In this document: piece by piece, positions 10,932 through 22,152 of the stretch
How the letters are laid out: each line of letters opens with the position of its first letter
Position numbering within the stretch: the first letter of the stretch is position 1
NCBI GenBank assembly: GCA_965205505.1
Contig: CBDBHB010000009.1
Location: forward strand, 2,304,001 to 2,368,000
Source of the DNA: Acidobacteriota bacterium
GTDB taxonomy: Bacteria > Acidobacteriota > UBA890 > WLXD01
Reading direction: 5' to 3'
DNA: 64,000 bases
Notes under the pieces: model-generated
The model's database searches: none
What the model was told of the DNA's origin: nothing
What the model saw: the letters and a program-made list of their open reading frames with translations, nothing else
Program-made: the position numbers and the translations under genes

Positions 10932-11355
10932 CCACTTGGCAGCGGAGGGGCGTGATCTCGTCGTAGTTCCTGCAGGCGTTCGATTGTGCGATCAGTCCGT
11001 GCTCAGCGCCGTGACGGGATCAACTCGAGTTGCGCGTCGGGCGGGAACCCAGGCCGCCGCGAAGACGGCGGCGGTGATCACGGTGAATCGAAAGTGGGCT
11101 AGCGACGCCTAGCGCCCTTGTCAGCCTCGGTTGACAGTTGTCGTCCGTCGGGAGTACCAACTGCGTCATGCGGCCTATCGGGGTGCTCTTTGTGTCAGTC
11201 TCGTTGACCACGGCCCGCAGCGGTTCGGTGCAGCGAGGATGAACTATGTGCTTCGTGTCCGGGCAGAACTGGGATGCCGACGATTGCAGTTCAGGTGATC
11301 AATATTGCTGGACGAATTGGTACGTACCAGTGTCCGTTTCAGGACGAGGGATGCC

Positions 11356-13344
11356 ATGACGAGACTGAATTGCTGCGCCGCGATGGTGGCAGCCCTGTGC
11401 CTGATGTCGATGCCGGCGGTCGGTCAGCAAGGCGGGTCGAGCACCGGTACCGAGAACGGTTAATGGCGTCACTGGGGCGGCGATACCTTCAGCACACGCT
11501 ACTCGCCGCTCGACCAGATCAACGCCGACAACTTCGAAGATCTCGAGGTCGCCTGGGTTTGGCGCGGCGACAACTACGGCCCCTCGGTGGACAACATCAT
11601 GCGCTCCACCCCGATCTACGCGAACGGCGTGCTCTACACCGTTGCCGGTCAGCGCCGCACCGTTGTCGCCATCGACCCGGCCACCGGCGAGACGTTGTGG
11701 ATCTACCGCGAGCCCTACACGCCGCGCTGGGAAGACTCGATGCGGAAGAACTACGGCAAAGGCGTCGGGTACGCCAACATCGATCGCCGCGGTGTGATCT
11801 ACATGATCTCGCCCGGCTTCTTCTTGCACGCGCTCGACGCCGTCACCGGACAGCCGATCGAGCAGTTCGGCGACGAGGGCACGGTCGACCTGCTGGCCGA
11901 CTTCGGGTATGAGTACGACGCCTACGAGGGCCTGCCCAAGGAGACCGGCTACATCACCAACTCGTCGTCGCCGATGGTGGTCAACGACGTGGTGGTGGTG
12001 GGTAACTCGCACGAGCAGGGGTACCTGCAGACCCGCCGCGAGAACGTGCCCGGCCACATGCTGGCGTATGACGCGCGTTCTGGGGAGCATCTGTGGAAGT
12101 TCAACGTCATCCCGCAGCCCGGTGAGTTCGGCCACGAGACCTGGGAAAGCGATGCCTGGTCGTACACCGGCAACGTCTCGGCGTGGGCACCGATGGCCGC
12201 CGACCCCGAGCTCGGGCTGGTGTACGTCGTCACCGACCCGCCGACCAACGACTACTGGGGCGGCTTCCATCCCGGCGACAACCTTTTCAGCACTTCCATC
12301 ATCGCCATCGACATCAAGACGGGTGAGCGTCGCTGGCACTTCCAGACCGTGCACCACGACATCTGGAACTACGACAACCCCACCGCGCCGAACCTCGTCG
12401 ACATCACCGTCGACGGCAAGAAAATCCCGGCGCTGGTACAAACGACCAAGCAGGGCTTTGCCTACGTGCTCAACCGTGAGACCGGCGAGCCGGTGTGGCC
12501 GATCGAAGAGCGCCCGGTGCCGGCATCGAAGATCCCCGGTGAGCAGACGTCGCCCACGCAGCCGTTCCCAACAAGGCCGGCGGCGTACGAGATGCAGGGC
12601 ATCACCGAGGACGACCTGATCGATTTCACCCCGGAGCTGCGGCAGGCAGCGGTCGAGATGCTCAGCGAATTCGAGCTCGGTCCGCTGTTCAACCCGCCGC
12701 TGCACCGCGACAACGACCTCGGCCTCAAGGCCTCGTTGACCTGCCCCGGTGAGGACGGCGGCACCAATATTATGGGAGGCGCAGCGGTCGACCCAGAGAC
12801 CCATATTCTTTACGTCGCCTCGTGGAAGAGCTGCTCCGCGCAATTTCTGATCGCCGGCATCGAGGCAGATGCCAGCGATCCCAACCCGATCGGCAGGACC
12901 GTCATGGCGTGGGCGAACGGACCGTACGTCGGGCCCGGTCGAGTGCAAGGATTGCGCTACCTCAAGCCGCCCTACGGTCGGATCACCGCGATCGATCTGA
13001 ACACCGGCGAGCACCTGTGGTGGATCCCCAACGGCGATACCCCCGACGAGATCACCCACCATCCGGCGCTGCAGGGCCTCGACATCCCCAACACCGGCAA
13101 GCGCTCACACGCCACCAAGGTGGTGACCAAGACGCTGCTGATTTACGCCGAGGGCCGCCGCGGCGCTCCACTGCTGCACGCGGTCGACAAGCGCACCGGC
13201 GAGCGGCTCGGTACGGTGGATATCCCGGCACCGAGCAACCAGGTGCCGATGACCTATATGCACGAGGGCAAGCAATACATCGTGCTGCCGATAGGCGGGC
13301 CAGCGCACTCCGGTTCGCTCGCCGCCGTGGCGCTGCCGGACTAG
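11356..13344 (+). pseudogene. PQQ-dependent (quinoprotein glucose) dehydrogenase, secreted; in-frame TAA at 11461
   Basis: ATG 11356 with signal peptide, ENG*WRHWGGD...RYSPLDQIN, STPIYANGVLY, WHFQTVHHDIWNYD, KPPYGRITAIDLNTG; 11356, the stop and ORF 11587 share one frame. Confidence 0.85.
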
Positions 13345-13413
13345 CTAGCAGGCCGCGGTGACCAGGATGTTCCTAAAGTAGACGCTGCTCTCGTCGTCGT
13401 AGTTCTGCAAGCC
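13345..13413 (-). pseudogene. C-terminal remnant resembling DUF1080 (3-keto-disaccharide hydrolase)
   Basis: Reverse strand reads GLQNYDDESSVYFRNILVTAAC*, resembling the GLQNH...V.FRNI C-terminus of the family. Confidence 0.45.
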
Positions 13414-13414
13414 G

Positions 13415-13474
13415 GCGGGCTTCCTGCTCGAAGCGGGCGAGGCGCTCGGGGTCGGAGGCGAACTCGGCGGGCAG
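13415..13474 (-). pseudogene. 60-bp Ser/Thr kinase fragment
   Basis: Encodes LPAEFASDPERLARFEQEAR; close nucleotide match to ~19160-19220 of the kinase gene. Confidence 0.75.
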
Positions 13475-13630
13475 CGGGGGGCAGCCGCTCACCGGCGTGA
13501 GCTTCATGCGGTGGAGGTTACTCATACGAACTGCGGGTGGACCGGGAACGGATCCGGCTCGTCACAACCGAGAGCAGTTTTCGAGCAGGGGCCACCAGAT
13601 CCGAAGAAGAGCACTAAGGGGGAATGTAAC

Positions 13631-15001
13631 CTAGAAGCCGGAAACCAGGTCGTCGATGACCGTCGCGAGGGCGACGTCGATGCCCGGTTCAACGGCTTGC
13701 TCCAGGAGGCGTTTCCGACCGTTCAACTCCTTCGTGATGACGCTGACATGGCGGCCCATGGCCATGAATTGACCGACGAGGCCCGGCCGGCCTCTCAATG
13801 CCCCTCCCAACGTCCAGGTGAGAAGCTTGGATACGGGAAAGGCATCGTAGGGCGAGAGCCGGTGCTCGAAGGTGGCCGCCATACGGCTCTTGTACTCTGG
13901 TATTTCATTCACTCGAGAGAACACAAGACATTGGAGTTCGGTGGGTGGGGCAGCTGCTCCCTCGTCGCGCCCGAAGAAGTGATAAGGGATCCCGGCCACA
14001 TCCCGCGCCCGCCACCACTGGACCAGGGCCTGGTCGGTCCCGACCGTGATCGCCACGGCGAGACTCCGCGCCTGGAGGAGCGCCTCAGTAATACTGTCCC
14101 CGATGAGCCAGTCTTTGTGGTGGCCGGCATCGCCGACCAGAACCCAGCCGGGACCAGTAGCGGTCCGGAAGAAGTGACGTTCGCTGATGGTCCCGCGAAC
14201 GCGTCCGTCAAGATGAGTTCCATCGATCAATGGGCCGATAACCGGGTCCGACTCGAGGTCGGCCCGTAGCGCGGCCTCCGGGTCCTCCCGCCATGACGCG
14301 ATGCGATCAAGCGGCGGGGCGCTCGAGATGAGGAGCTGGTCTTTGTCCGTCGGGAAAATGAGCCGACAGTCGCCATCCGTGTTCGCCACGTACATATCGA
14401 ACGGGTACGCTGAGTCCGTCCTCCAGAAGGCCGGCGCCTCCCACTAACCCCAGTAGGCTGCTCTGGGGGCGTCCCACGCGAGGTATTCGTCAGCTCCGAC
14501 GAGACTCGCGATGGTCGAATGTCGCCCATCGGCCCCCACCACGAGTCGTGCACGAACCGTGTACTGCTGCTCGTTGGTCTCGGCCCTTAGTCCGACAACG
14601 CGCCCGTCCTCTTCCAGAAGTGCCGTGGCGCGGGTCCGATCCCGCAACTCCGCTCCAGCAGCGACGGCCGCGTCCTGTAGGAAACCGTCCAGCCGATAGC
14701 GCCGCGGACAGTACTCAGCCCGCCCTTCGGCAAACTGCATGTCGACGAAGGCGTTGTTCTTACGGAGCCGGACCACGTGGTTTGCCGGCGATTCCTCGCG
14801 CACTGCAGTACCAACACCCAGCTCATCGAGCACGTCGATACCAGGCGGATGAATGGTGTGGGTCGATAGGACTTGATCGCTCGGCAACGGGTCCTTGTCC
14901 AGCAGGAGCACGGAAGTACCGGCGCGGCTGAGCAGTGTCGCGAGCGACGCGCCGGCACATCGCGCGCCGACGATGACGACATCATATTCAGCAGCGCTCA
15001 T
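13631..15001 (-). pseudogene. FAD-dependent oxidoreductase/monooxygenase; in-frame TAG at 14444-14446
   Basis: YDVVIVGARCAGASLATLL, VVGADGRHS, GWVLVGDAGHHKD; the two ORFs share a frame across YWG*WEAP; AAGGAGG RBS. Confidence 0.85.
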
Positions 15002-15086
15002 CCGTCCTCCTTGCCTCTTGGCGGTTTACGTTGTCGAACCACTCTGGACGATGGCATCACGGCCCAGCCGTAAGTCCGACCTTCCC

Positions 15087-15181
15087 CGTAGGGGCCTAGT
15101 TTGGTGCCAGCTTCCATAGGCTCCCGAGGCAGGGTGGGTGAGCGCCTGAAGCCTATCGTCAGCGCGGACGAGATCCAACGG
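15087..15181 (-). repeat. kinase promoter + leader + first ~10 codons (copy A)
   Basis: TTGGAT-17-TAGGCT...GCTCACCCACCCTG...ATGGAAGCTGGCACCAAACTAGGCCCCTACG, homologous to 19309-19403 and 21499-21618. Confidence 0.85.
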
Positions 15182-15219
15182 GGCGGGTGTCGGCAGCGTT
15201 CCAGCATCCCCGTCGACCG

Positions 15220-15374
15220 ATGAGGGCGCAGAATCGTGCCAATCGAAGCGGGTCTCGCCCGAGCTGGAAGCGGCTCGCACCGTCCGCCCGGCCGCAGTCA
15301 AGAGATCACAGACCCGCCGGCCCGTCTTGCCGCTGGCTCCGGAGTACTAGTGTGGTCGCTGTGGTCTGAGACAT
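15220..15374 (-). pseudogene. N-terminal remnant of an NmrA/SDR NAD(P)-binding protein
   Basis: GGAGG RBS, MSQTTATTLVL/(frameshift)/GASGKTGRRVCDLLTAAGRTVRAASSSGETRFDW, then truncated; divergent from the AraC gene. Confidence 0.7.
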
Positions 15375-15489
15375 CTGTGTCCTCCGTTTGGTTTGGCTCA
15401 TGTCAGCCACCCGAGCAGTGTGTGCGCGGGGTTCGAGACGATCCATGGCTCAGATGCTCAACTTCATGTGCGGTGTCTATGCTTCGCAT

Positions 15490-16551
15490 ATGGATCCCTT
15501 CGTCGGTCTACTCGATGGGCCACGCGCCCGCGGCGCCTTCGCTCTCCGCATCCTCATGAGTCCGCCGTGGTCGTTACGAGTCCTCGCCGAGTCGCCGCTG
15601 ACCGTGCTCGCGATCGTGAAGGGCGGAGCGTGGGTGATACCTGACGAAGGCGATCCCGTCCGTCTCGGCGTCGGTGATATCGCCGTTACCCGCGGCCCTG
15701 ACCACTACGACGTCGCGGCCGAGCCCTCCTGCCCTCCTGACGTCGTGATCCACCCCGACCAGCACTGCCGATCTCTGGACGGGCGGCCGCTGGACGAGGA
15801 GATGTCGCTCGGCGTGCGGACATGGGGCAACGACCCTGACGGCTCCACCGTGATGCTCGTGGGTGCGTACGAGTCGATAGGCGACATCAGCGACCGCCTG
15901 CTGCGCGTGCTCCCACCCGTATTGTCGCTCTCGAATGAACATTGGGACTCGCCACTGGTTTCGCTGCTGTGCGACGAAGTCGTCAAGGATGCGCCCGGTC
16001 AGGCGGCGGTACTTGACCGCTTGATCGATCTTCTGCTCATACAGGTTCTGCGAACCTGGTTCGCCCGCCCGGAGGCCGCCGCGCCGGAGTGGTACAAGTC
16101 CCAAGGCGATCCGATCGTCGGACGCGTACTGCGGATCATGCACAGTGACCCTGCCCATCGATGGACGGTCGCAAGCCTGGCAGCCGAGACGAGCGTTTCA
16201 CGGGCCGCGTTGGCGCGACGATTTCACCAGGTCGTGGGCGAGCCGCCGATGACTTTTCTCACCGGGTGGCGACTTGCCCTCGCCGCCGACCTGCTGTGCG
16301 AACCGGATGCCACCGTGGGTTCGGTGGCGGATCAGGTGGGCTACAGCAGCCCGTTCGCGCTCAGCACGGCCTTCAAGCGGGTGCGTGGCGTCAGCCCGCA
16401 GGAGCATCGCGCCGTCGCCCTGTCTCAGCCTCTCTCCAAGACGTCTCCACGACCGGGATCCTCTCCAGTAGATTCCGGACGACTTGACCCTGCCCCACTT
16501 TCCCGGACACTTGGGAAGCCGGGCAGGATCGCTGGCGAAGTCCTCCGGTAG
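15490..16551 (+). CDS. AraC-family transcriptional regulator (cupin + HTH)
   Basis: [17 protein letters not shown]..., [42 protein letters not shown]; C-terminal tail reads through into the antisense kinase remnant. Confidence 0.9.
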   Translation: MDPFVGLLDGPRARGAFALRILMSPPWSLRVLAESPLTVLAIVKGGAWVIPDEGDPVRLGVGDIAVTRGPDHYDVAAEPSCPPDVVIHPDQHCRSLDGRPLDEEMSLGVRTWGNDPDGSTVMLVGAYESIGDISDRLLRVLPPVLSLSNEHWDSPLVSLLCDEVVKDAPGQAAVLDRLIDLLLIQVLRTWFARPEAAAPEWYKSQGDPIVGRVLRIMHSDPAHRWTVASLAAETSVSRAALARRFHQVVGEPPMTFLTGWRLALAADLLCEPDATVGSVADQVGYSSPFALSTAFKRVRGVSPQEHRAVALSQPLSKTSPRPGSSPVDSGRLDPAPLSRTLGKPGRIAGEVLR

Positions 16552-16668
16552 CACTTTGATGGCGACATTACGATCCAGCGTTGTATCGCGTGCTCGGTAC
16601 ACCTGTCCCATGCCGCCTTCACCGAGCGGGGACAGGATCTCGTAGTGGCCGAGCGTTTTGCCGATCAT
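16516..16668 (-). pseudogene. truncated Ser/Thr kinase N-terminus (subdomains I-II)
   Basis: [51 protein letters not shown], then similarity is lost; ATG overlaps the upstream kinase stop (TGATG). Confidence 0.85.
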
Positions 16669-19339
16669 CAGGAGCCGTCCGTCGGCACTAGCCGGTTCAA
16701 TTCCTCGAACCAGTTGAGGATGACCGTGAACTCGGTCGTCGAGCGATCCGAGACCACGAGGAACCGCTCTCCGTCTGGCGAGACGTCATAGTAGGTTCCA
16801 CCGAGTCCACCGCCTTGGGCGAAAGGCATCTCGAACAGTTCCTGCGGCACCGAAACGTCGAGTTCCGGCTCGGTCGTGACCTTGACCGAGAGCAGCCGAT
16901 CTCCCTGGTGATAGAAAAGCTCGCGGCCGTCACGGGACCACTGCGGCTCCTCGCCGCCTTCGAGGGAGACCCCACGAACCTCCCCTTCCGGGTAGGTTCG
17001 GACGAACACGTCCAACCGGCCGGACTCATCCGTGACGTAGGCCAACAGGAGACCATCCGGAGACAGGGCTGGCGCGCCCTCGTTGGCCTCCGTAGTCAAG
17101 ACCGGGACGGGCTCCTCGCCTCTAGGAAGGATCCAAATGTCCGTACCCGTTTCGGGATGGTTCTCGAAGTAGGGGAGGAGCCGCCCGTCCGCTGACCACG
17201 ATGCAGGGAACTGGTTGAAATCGCGGATCAATAGAGGGCGGGGCTCGCCGCGCTCGGCGACGTCGATCTCGTACAGATCCCAGCTGTCACCGATGTTGGA
17301 CGAGAAGGTGACATGCCTCCCGTCGGGGTTCCAGGCCGGATCGGACGCTTGAAGCGCTGTCGAACGCGTCAGCGGGTCCACCGCGCCGCGCTCGATGTCG
17401 AGTGTCCAGAGATTGCCTTTTTCATCATGGAATACGACCGTCTCTCCATTGGGCGAGAGGCGGACGCCGGCGAACATTCGCTGGTCCCGCCGGATGGGTG
17501 TGGTGAGGCCTTCCCATCGACCCACATCAACGTCGCCTCGCCGATCTCGTCGGATGCATAAACGGCCGTTCCAGTCTGCGAGATCGCAATGTGGGGACGG
17601 GCCGAATCCGTGGACAGGTAGCGGACGTCGTCGAGCACCGGCACCGCCGATCCGCTCGCGGCGAGCTCTTGCAGATCGAAGGGCGCGGCGAGAAACGCTC
17701 CAGAGCCCAATTCGTCGACGTAAACAATGTGACCAGAGTAAAGATACATATCACCGCCAGGGAACCCGGCGCGGGCTGCGTGCCACTCTCGGGTCTCGGG
17801 GTCGAGAACCCGCGACAGTCCGATCCAGACCGTGAACAAGACGTGACGTCCGCCGGGTAGATGCTGGGACCAGACGTGCGCGTAGCCGTTCTCGCCATAG
17901 TCCGGTTGCGTGAGCTGCTCGGGTGTACCTCCGTCGGCGGGTACGCGAAAAAGCCCCGAGCCTATGGTGGGCGTGAAGACAATGTTGTGGTCGAGCCCCC
18001 AGCTTGCGCTGAAGGGGGAGGCCCGGGTGATCGTGAGCGGTGAGCCCCCTGAGATTGAGACCTTCCTGAGCTGGCCGGCCGCGACGAATCCCACCCACTG
18101 GCCGTTGGGCGAGAAGAAGGGCGCATCGGCGTGCAGCGAGTCGGGGATCTTCCGCGCATCGAAGCTGTCGAAAGGTCGCAAGAACAGATGGACGCCGGTG
18201 CTGTCGCGGGCGGCGTAGGCGAGGAGAGTGCCGTCGGGCGAGATAGCAAGCGGAGCCGACATGTTCCTTGGCTGGCGCTGTCCCTCAGGGAGAGGGAGGG
18301 TCAGGCGGGTGACGACCGTCGCCTGGTTCGGACCAGTACCTACCAAATTCCAGGTCACGACCACCGCTGTCGCGGTCAAGAGGAGCATTGCTGCTATTGC
18401 CGGAACAGGCCGCTGCCAGATGCGCAGCGGCAACGGGTTGGCGACAACGGCGTCCTGCGCGGTGGTTGCCGCACCCGACTCCACTTCAGGGGCCAGCGCC
18501 CTCAGGTCCACCACGAGATCGCCGGCACCCTGGTAGCGACCGTCGGGCTCCTTCGCCACGTTCTTTCGGACGATGCGTTGCAGCTCGTCCGGCAGCGACG
18601 GGTCGAACTCTTGAATTGGCGGCGGCTCATCGTGTTGGATGTGTGCCAGCGTCTCGGCGATGCTGCGCCCGGCAAATGCCCTCCGACCGCTCGCCATCTC
18701 GTACAGCACGCAACCGAAGGCGAACAGATCCACCCGCTGATCGACCTCTCCGCCCTCAACCTGCTCCGGTGCCATGTAGCCGGCGGTCCCCATCACCTGA
18801 CCGGCCACCGTGCCCATCATCGTGGGTGACTGCGTTGCACCGCCCGGTGAGCCTGCCCCCGCCACCTCGGTGAGCTTCGCCAGCCCGAAGTCCAGTACCT
18901 TGGCGTGCCCCTCCTTGGTGACGAAGATGTTCTCCGGCTTCAAATCCCGGTGGATGATCCCGGCGGCGTGTGCGGCAGCCAGCGCCTCGGCGATCTCGGT
19001 GGCCAACCCGAGCGCCTTCTTGAGCGGCAGCGCACCCTTGCCCAGCGGCTCCCGAAGCGTGTCTCCCTCCAGGTACTCCTGCACCATGAAGTGGGTGTCG
19101 TCTTCAACACCCACATCGAAGACGGCTGCGATGTGCGGGTGGTTCAGGGCGGCGGCAGCGCGGGCCTCCCGCTCGAAGCGGGCGAGGCGCTCGGGATCAG
19201 AGGCAAACTCGGCGGGCAGCACCTTGATGGCCACCTTGCGGCCCAGGCGTGTGTCCTCGGCGAGGTACACCTCTCCCATGCCGCCAGCGCCGAGCTGCTC
19301 GGTGATCTCGTAGGGGCCTAGTTTGGTGCCGGGTTCCAT
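16668..19339 (-). pseudogene. Hanks-type Ser/Thr kinase with TM and TolB/PD40 beta-propeller; frameshift near 17520
   Basis: LGAGGMGEVY, VAIKVL, HRDLKPEN, LDFGLAK, GTAGYMAPEQ; repeated SPDG/WSRDG motifs; ends [14 protein letters not shown] in the second frame. Confidence 0.9.
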
Positions 19340-19371
19340 GGCGCTACCAGACAGGGTGGGTGAGCGCATGA

Positions 19372-19400
19372 AGCCTATCGCTGGGGCAGGCGAGATCCAA
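19372..19400 (-). promoter_or_regulatory. sigma70-like promoter of the kinase gene (copy B)
   Basis: TTGGAT (19395-19400), 17-bp spacer, TAGGCT (19372-19377); boxes conserved across copies while the spacer varies. Confidence 0.6.
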
Positions 19401-19496
19401 CGGTCGGGCCGGGATAGCGAGTGTGAGCCACCTCACAGTCGAGGGCATGACTAACCGAACCCTGGTGTTCCGCAGGTCGTCTATGTTTCTAGCAGC

Positions 19497-20206
19497 ATGG
19501 CAGCGACTGCCAGTGCCCGGCCTCTTTTCCTCCCGATTCCCTGTGAGTGGATCGGAATGCTCTCGAAAGCGGCCGTGAAACTGATCGTGCTGCACATTGG
19601 CTTTGTTGGTTCCGCTGCTGGCGTTCTGAGGCTACCCGCAACGGAGAGCCCTGCTCCATGGCCAGTGCGCCTCGTGATTTCTGATCGTTTCGGCCTTCCG
19701 GGGAGCTTCTTGGCCACGATCAGAGGGGATGTTCAGTCGATCCTTCGTGCTGTCGACATTGAGGTAACTTGGTCTTCCGGCGAGCCGGCGGACGAGAACA
19801 ACAGAAGTCGTGATCAGCGAGTATCGGGATCGTTCCTCGTGGTGCTCGCGGGGAAATCCCCTTCCGACTGGGGGTGACGGATGAGGCGATGGGCGCTGTG
19901 GCGTCGGCGGTACATCCACTCCCGTACGTCATCGTGTTCCCGGAGAGAGTGCTCCAAGTAATGGAGCCGCATCGGCAGGCAGACAGGCCGCCCAAGTACA
20001 ACCGGACGATGGCCCGTGCCTTTGCCAAGGTCGTGGTTCACGAGCTCGTCCACGCGATAGCACCCGAGCACTCGCACTCCGTGCGCGGTCTGATGCGCAG
20101 CACGCTGGACCGAGCTTTCCTATTGGATCCGGAGCTGCAAATCGATGCTGGATGTCGGGCTGCGATTGTTGGGGCGCTGCAGGCACTCGCAGACCCGGTA
20201 CCGTAA
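19497..20206 (+). pseudogene. secreted HExxH-motif (zincin-like) protein; frameshift in a G run near 19872
   Basis: Hydrophobic N-terminus; second frame has VVVHELVHAIAPEHSHSVRGLMR; one extra G would join the frames; true start uncertain. Confidence 0.6.
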
Positions 20207-20294
20207 GCACCAGGGATTGACCTGCCCGCCAATAATCGGGCCAGTTTGAGAGTTAGGAATTGAGGCTCTCAGGAAGGCTCGGGAAGGGGGAGAA

Positions 20295-20573
20295 ATGGCC
20301 CGGAAGCGATACACGGTAGAGCAGATCATCGCCAAGCTCAGGGAGGCAGAGATCGAGCTGGCGCAAGGAGCCAAGACGCCACAGGCGTGCCGGAAGCTGG
20401 GCATCAGCGAGAACACGTACTACCGGTGGCGTAAGGAGTACGGCGGGCTGAGGGTGGATCAGGCACGGCGACTCAAGGAGCTGGAGCGCGAGAACGGGCG
20501 GCTCAAGAAGCTGCTGGCGGAGACGATGCTCGACAACGCCATCCTCAAAGAGGTGTCGTCGGGAAACTTCTGA
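20295..20573 (+). CDS. IS3 transposase OrfA (HTH)
   Basis: MARKRYTVEQIIAKLRE...GISENTYYRWRKEYGG...LERENGRLKKLLAE; ends at the GGGAAACTTCTGA junction where a programmed frameshift is expected. Confidence 0.92.
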   Translation: MARKRYTVEQIIAKLREAEIELAQGAKTPQACRKLGISENTYYRWRKEYGGLRVDQARRLKELERENGRLKKLLAETMLDNAILKEVSSGNF

Positions 20574-20596
20574 GCCCGGCGCGCCGGAGCCGGGCA

Positions 20597-21454
20597 GTGC
20601 GACACGCACAGCAGTCGCAGGGGGTGTCGGAGAGGCGAGCCTGCCGAGTGCTGGGCCAGGTGCGCTCGACGCAGCAATATCGGCCCAAGGCGCCTGGAGA
20701 CGAAACACCGCTGGTGAAGCGAATGACCGAACTGGCGACGCAGTACGGACGCTACGGGTACCGTCGGATCACGGCTCTGATGGAACGCGAAGGGTGGCGA
20801 GTAAACCACAAGAGGATCGAACGGTTATGGCGTCGTGAAGGACTGAAGGTACCGAAAAAGCAGCCCAAGCGCGGACGCTTGTGGCTCAACGATGGATCGT
20901 GCGTGCGGCTGAGGCCGGAAAGGAAAGATCACGTGTGGGCCTATGACTTCGTGCACGAACGAACTCACGACGGGCGAGCGGTTCGTCTGCTGACGATCGT
21001 GGATGAGTACACCAGGGAGTGCTTGGCCATCGATGTGGCGCGCAGGCTCAACTCCGAGAACGTGTTGGATCGACTCGCTGAGCTGTTCGTGAACCGTGGT
21101 GTTTCCGACCACATCCGCTCCGACAACGGACCGGAGTTCACTTCTCGGGTAGTGCGTGGCTGGCTCGAGCGGGTCGGTGTGAAGACGTTGTTCATCGAGC
21201 CCGGCTCGCCGTGGGAAAACGGCTATGTGGAGAGCTTCAACGGCAAGCTACGCGACGAGCTGCTGAACGGGGAGATCTTCTACACGCTCAAGGAGGCGCA
21301 GAGCTTGGTGCAAGCCTGGCGCCGCAAATACAACCAGGTGCGGCCACACAGCTCGTTGGGCTATCGGCCGCCTGCACCGAAAGCGACGTTGTTAAAGCCG
21401 GCTACGCTCCGCTCCGCCGGCTGCAACAACCTCTTGCCAGCACCGATTCTATGA
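20597..21454 (+). CDS. IS3 transposase OrfB (DDE integrase core)
   Basis: YGYRRI, WAYDF, IVDEYTRECL, IRSDNGPEF, PWENGYVESFNGKLRDE, RPHSSLGY. Confidence 0.92.
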   Translation: MRHAQQSQGVSERRACRVLGQVRSTQQYRPKAPGDETPLVKRMTELATQYGRYGYRRITALMEREGWRVNHKRIERLWRREGLKVPKKQPKRGRLWLNDGSCVRLRPERKDHVWAYDFVHERTHDGRAVRLLTIVDEYTRECLAIDVARRLNSENVLDRLAELFVNRGVSDHIRSDNGPEFTSRVVRGWLERVGVKTLFIEPGSPWENGYVESFNGKLRDELLNGEIFYTLKEAQSLVQAWRRKYNQVRPHSSLGYRPPAPKATLLKPATLRSAGCNNLLPAPIL

Positions 21455-21498
21455 GTTACGAAGTGGCCTCAACACTTGGGGCAGGTCACAGTTATCCT

Positions 21499-21618
21499 GC
21501 CAGCGCCGAGCTGCTCGGTGATTTCGTAGGGGCCTAGTTTGGTGCCGGGTTCCATGGCGCTACCAGAGCAGTGTGGGTGAGCGCCTGAAGCCTATCGCCG
21601 GAGCGTGCGAGGGTCCAC
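21499..21618 (-). repeat. kinase promoter + leader + first ~19 codons (copy C), truncated next to IS3
   Basis: Near-identical to 19283-19400; encodes MEPGTKLGPYEITEQLGAG and ends ~10 bp from the IS3 right end. Confidence 0.9.
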
Positions 21619-21885
21619 GGAAAAGAGCCGGGAGGCCATCTGCGCGCCTAGCCAGATGAACCAGATTAACACCTGCGCCCTAGCTACGGCGCGTGAATCC
21701 CGACGAAAATGGGCGGACGTCCGGGATGAGAGTTGCGATCTTTTCGTCGATCTCTCGATCCTTGTGGCCGTGGCCCTTCCGGGCATCGATCTAGTCCTTC
21801 CCGTGCTTCTCGAGCGTGCCCAGGTGCGCCGCGGGCCCGCCCCGTGGTATCAAAGCTCGCCTGGACAAGAACAACGTCGCGGGGG

Positions 21886-22152
21886 GTGACCGAGTTGGCG
21901 AAGCCGGAGAAAGTGCAGCTGTGGACACTAGAAGAAGCAGCCACGTTCCTAAACGTGTCCAAGGAGACGGTGCGCTTACGCGCCCTCGATAAGACAATCC
22001 CGTCGTGTAGGATCGGGCGGCTGGTGAGATTCGATCCTGATCTGCTGAGGGGGTGGGTACGTGACCAAAGCAGCGTTCAATCCGGTACCACCGCCAGCCA
22101 ACCGGAAGGGGATGAGCGCCGGGCTCCAGGAGCTGATTCTGCAGGTGAAACG
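21886..22152 (+). CDS. excisionase-like HTH (HTH_17) domain; no stop before the integrase start
   Basis: LWTLEEAATFLNVSKETVRL...IPSCRIGRLVRFDPDLLRGWV; GTG 21886 is in the same frame as integrase ATG 22153. Confidence 0.75.

Larger units (their letters stand above)
20218..21488 (+). mobile_element. IS3-family insertion sequence (~1.27 kb)
   Basis: Terminal IRs TGACCTGCCC.../...GGGCAGGTCA (TG..CA ends) enclosing orfA and orfB; no obvious target duplication. Confidence 0.92.

Noticed and set aside
13485-13525. Half attC-like sequence (TAAC...GCATGAAGCTCACG on the minus strand)
   Set aside because: No complementary GTTR end and no second site; the integrase shows no recognisable IntI features
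11461-14446. Stop-codon recoding (Pyl/Sec or alternative code) to explain the in-frame stops
   Set aside because: The stops are different codons (TAA, TAG), each one base from the expected Glu or Tyr codon; TAG and TAA end normal genes here; no pyl or sel genes in the window
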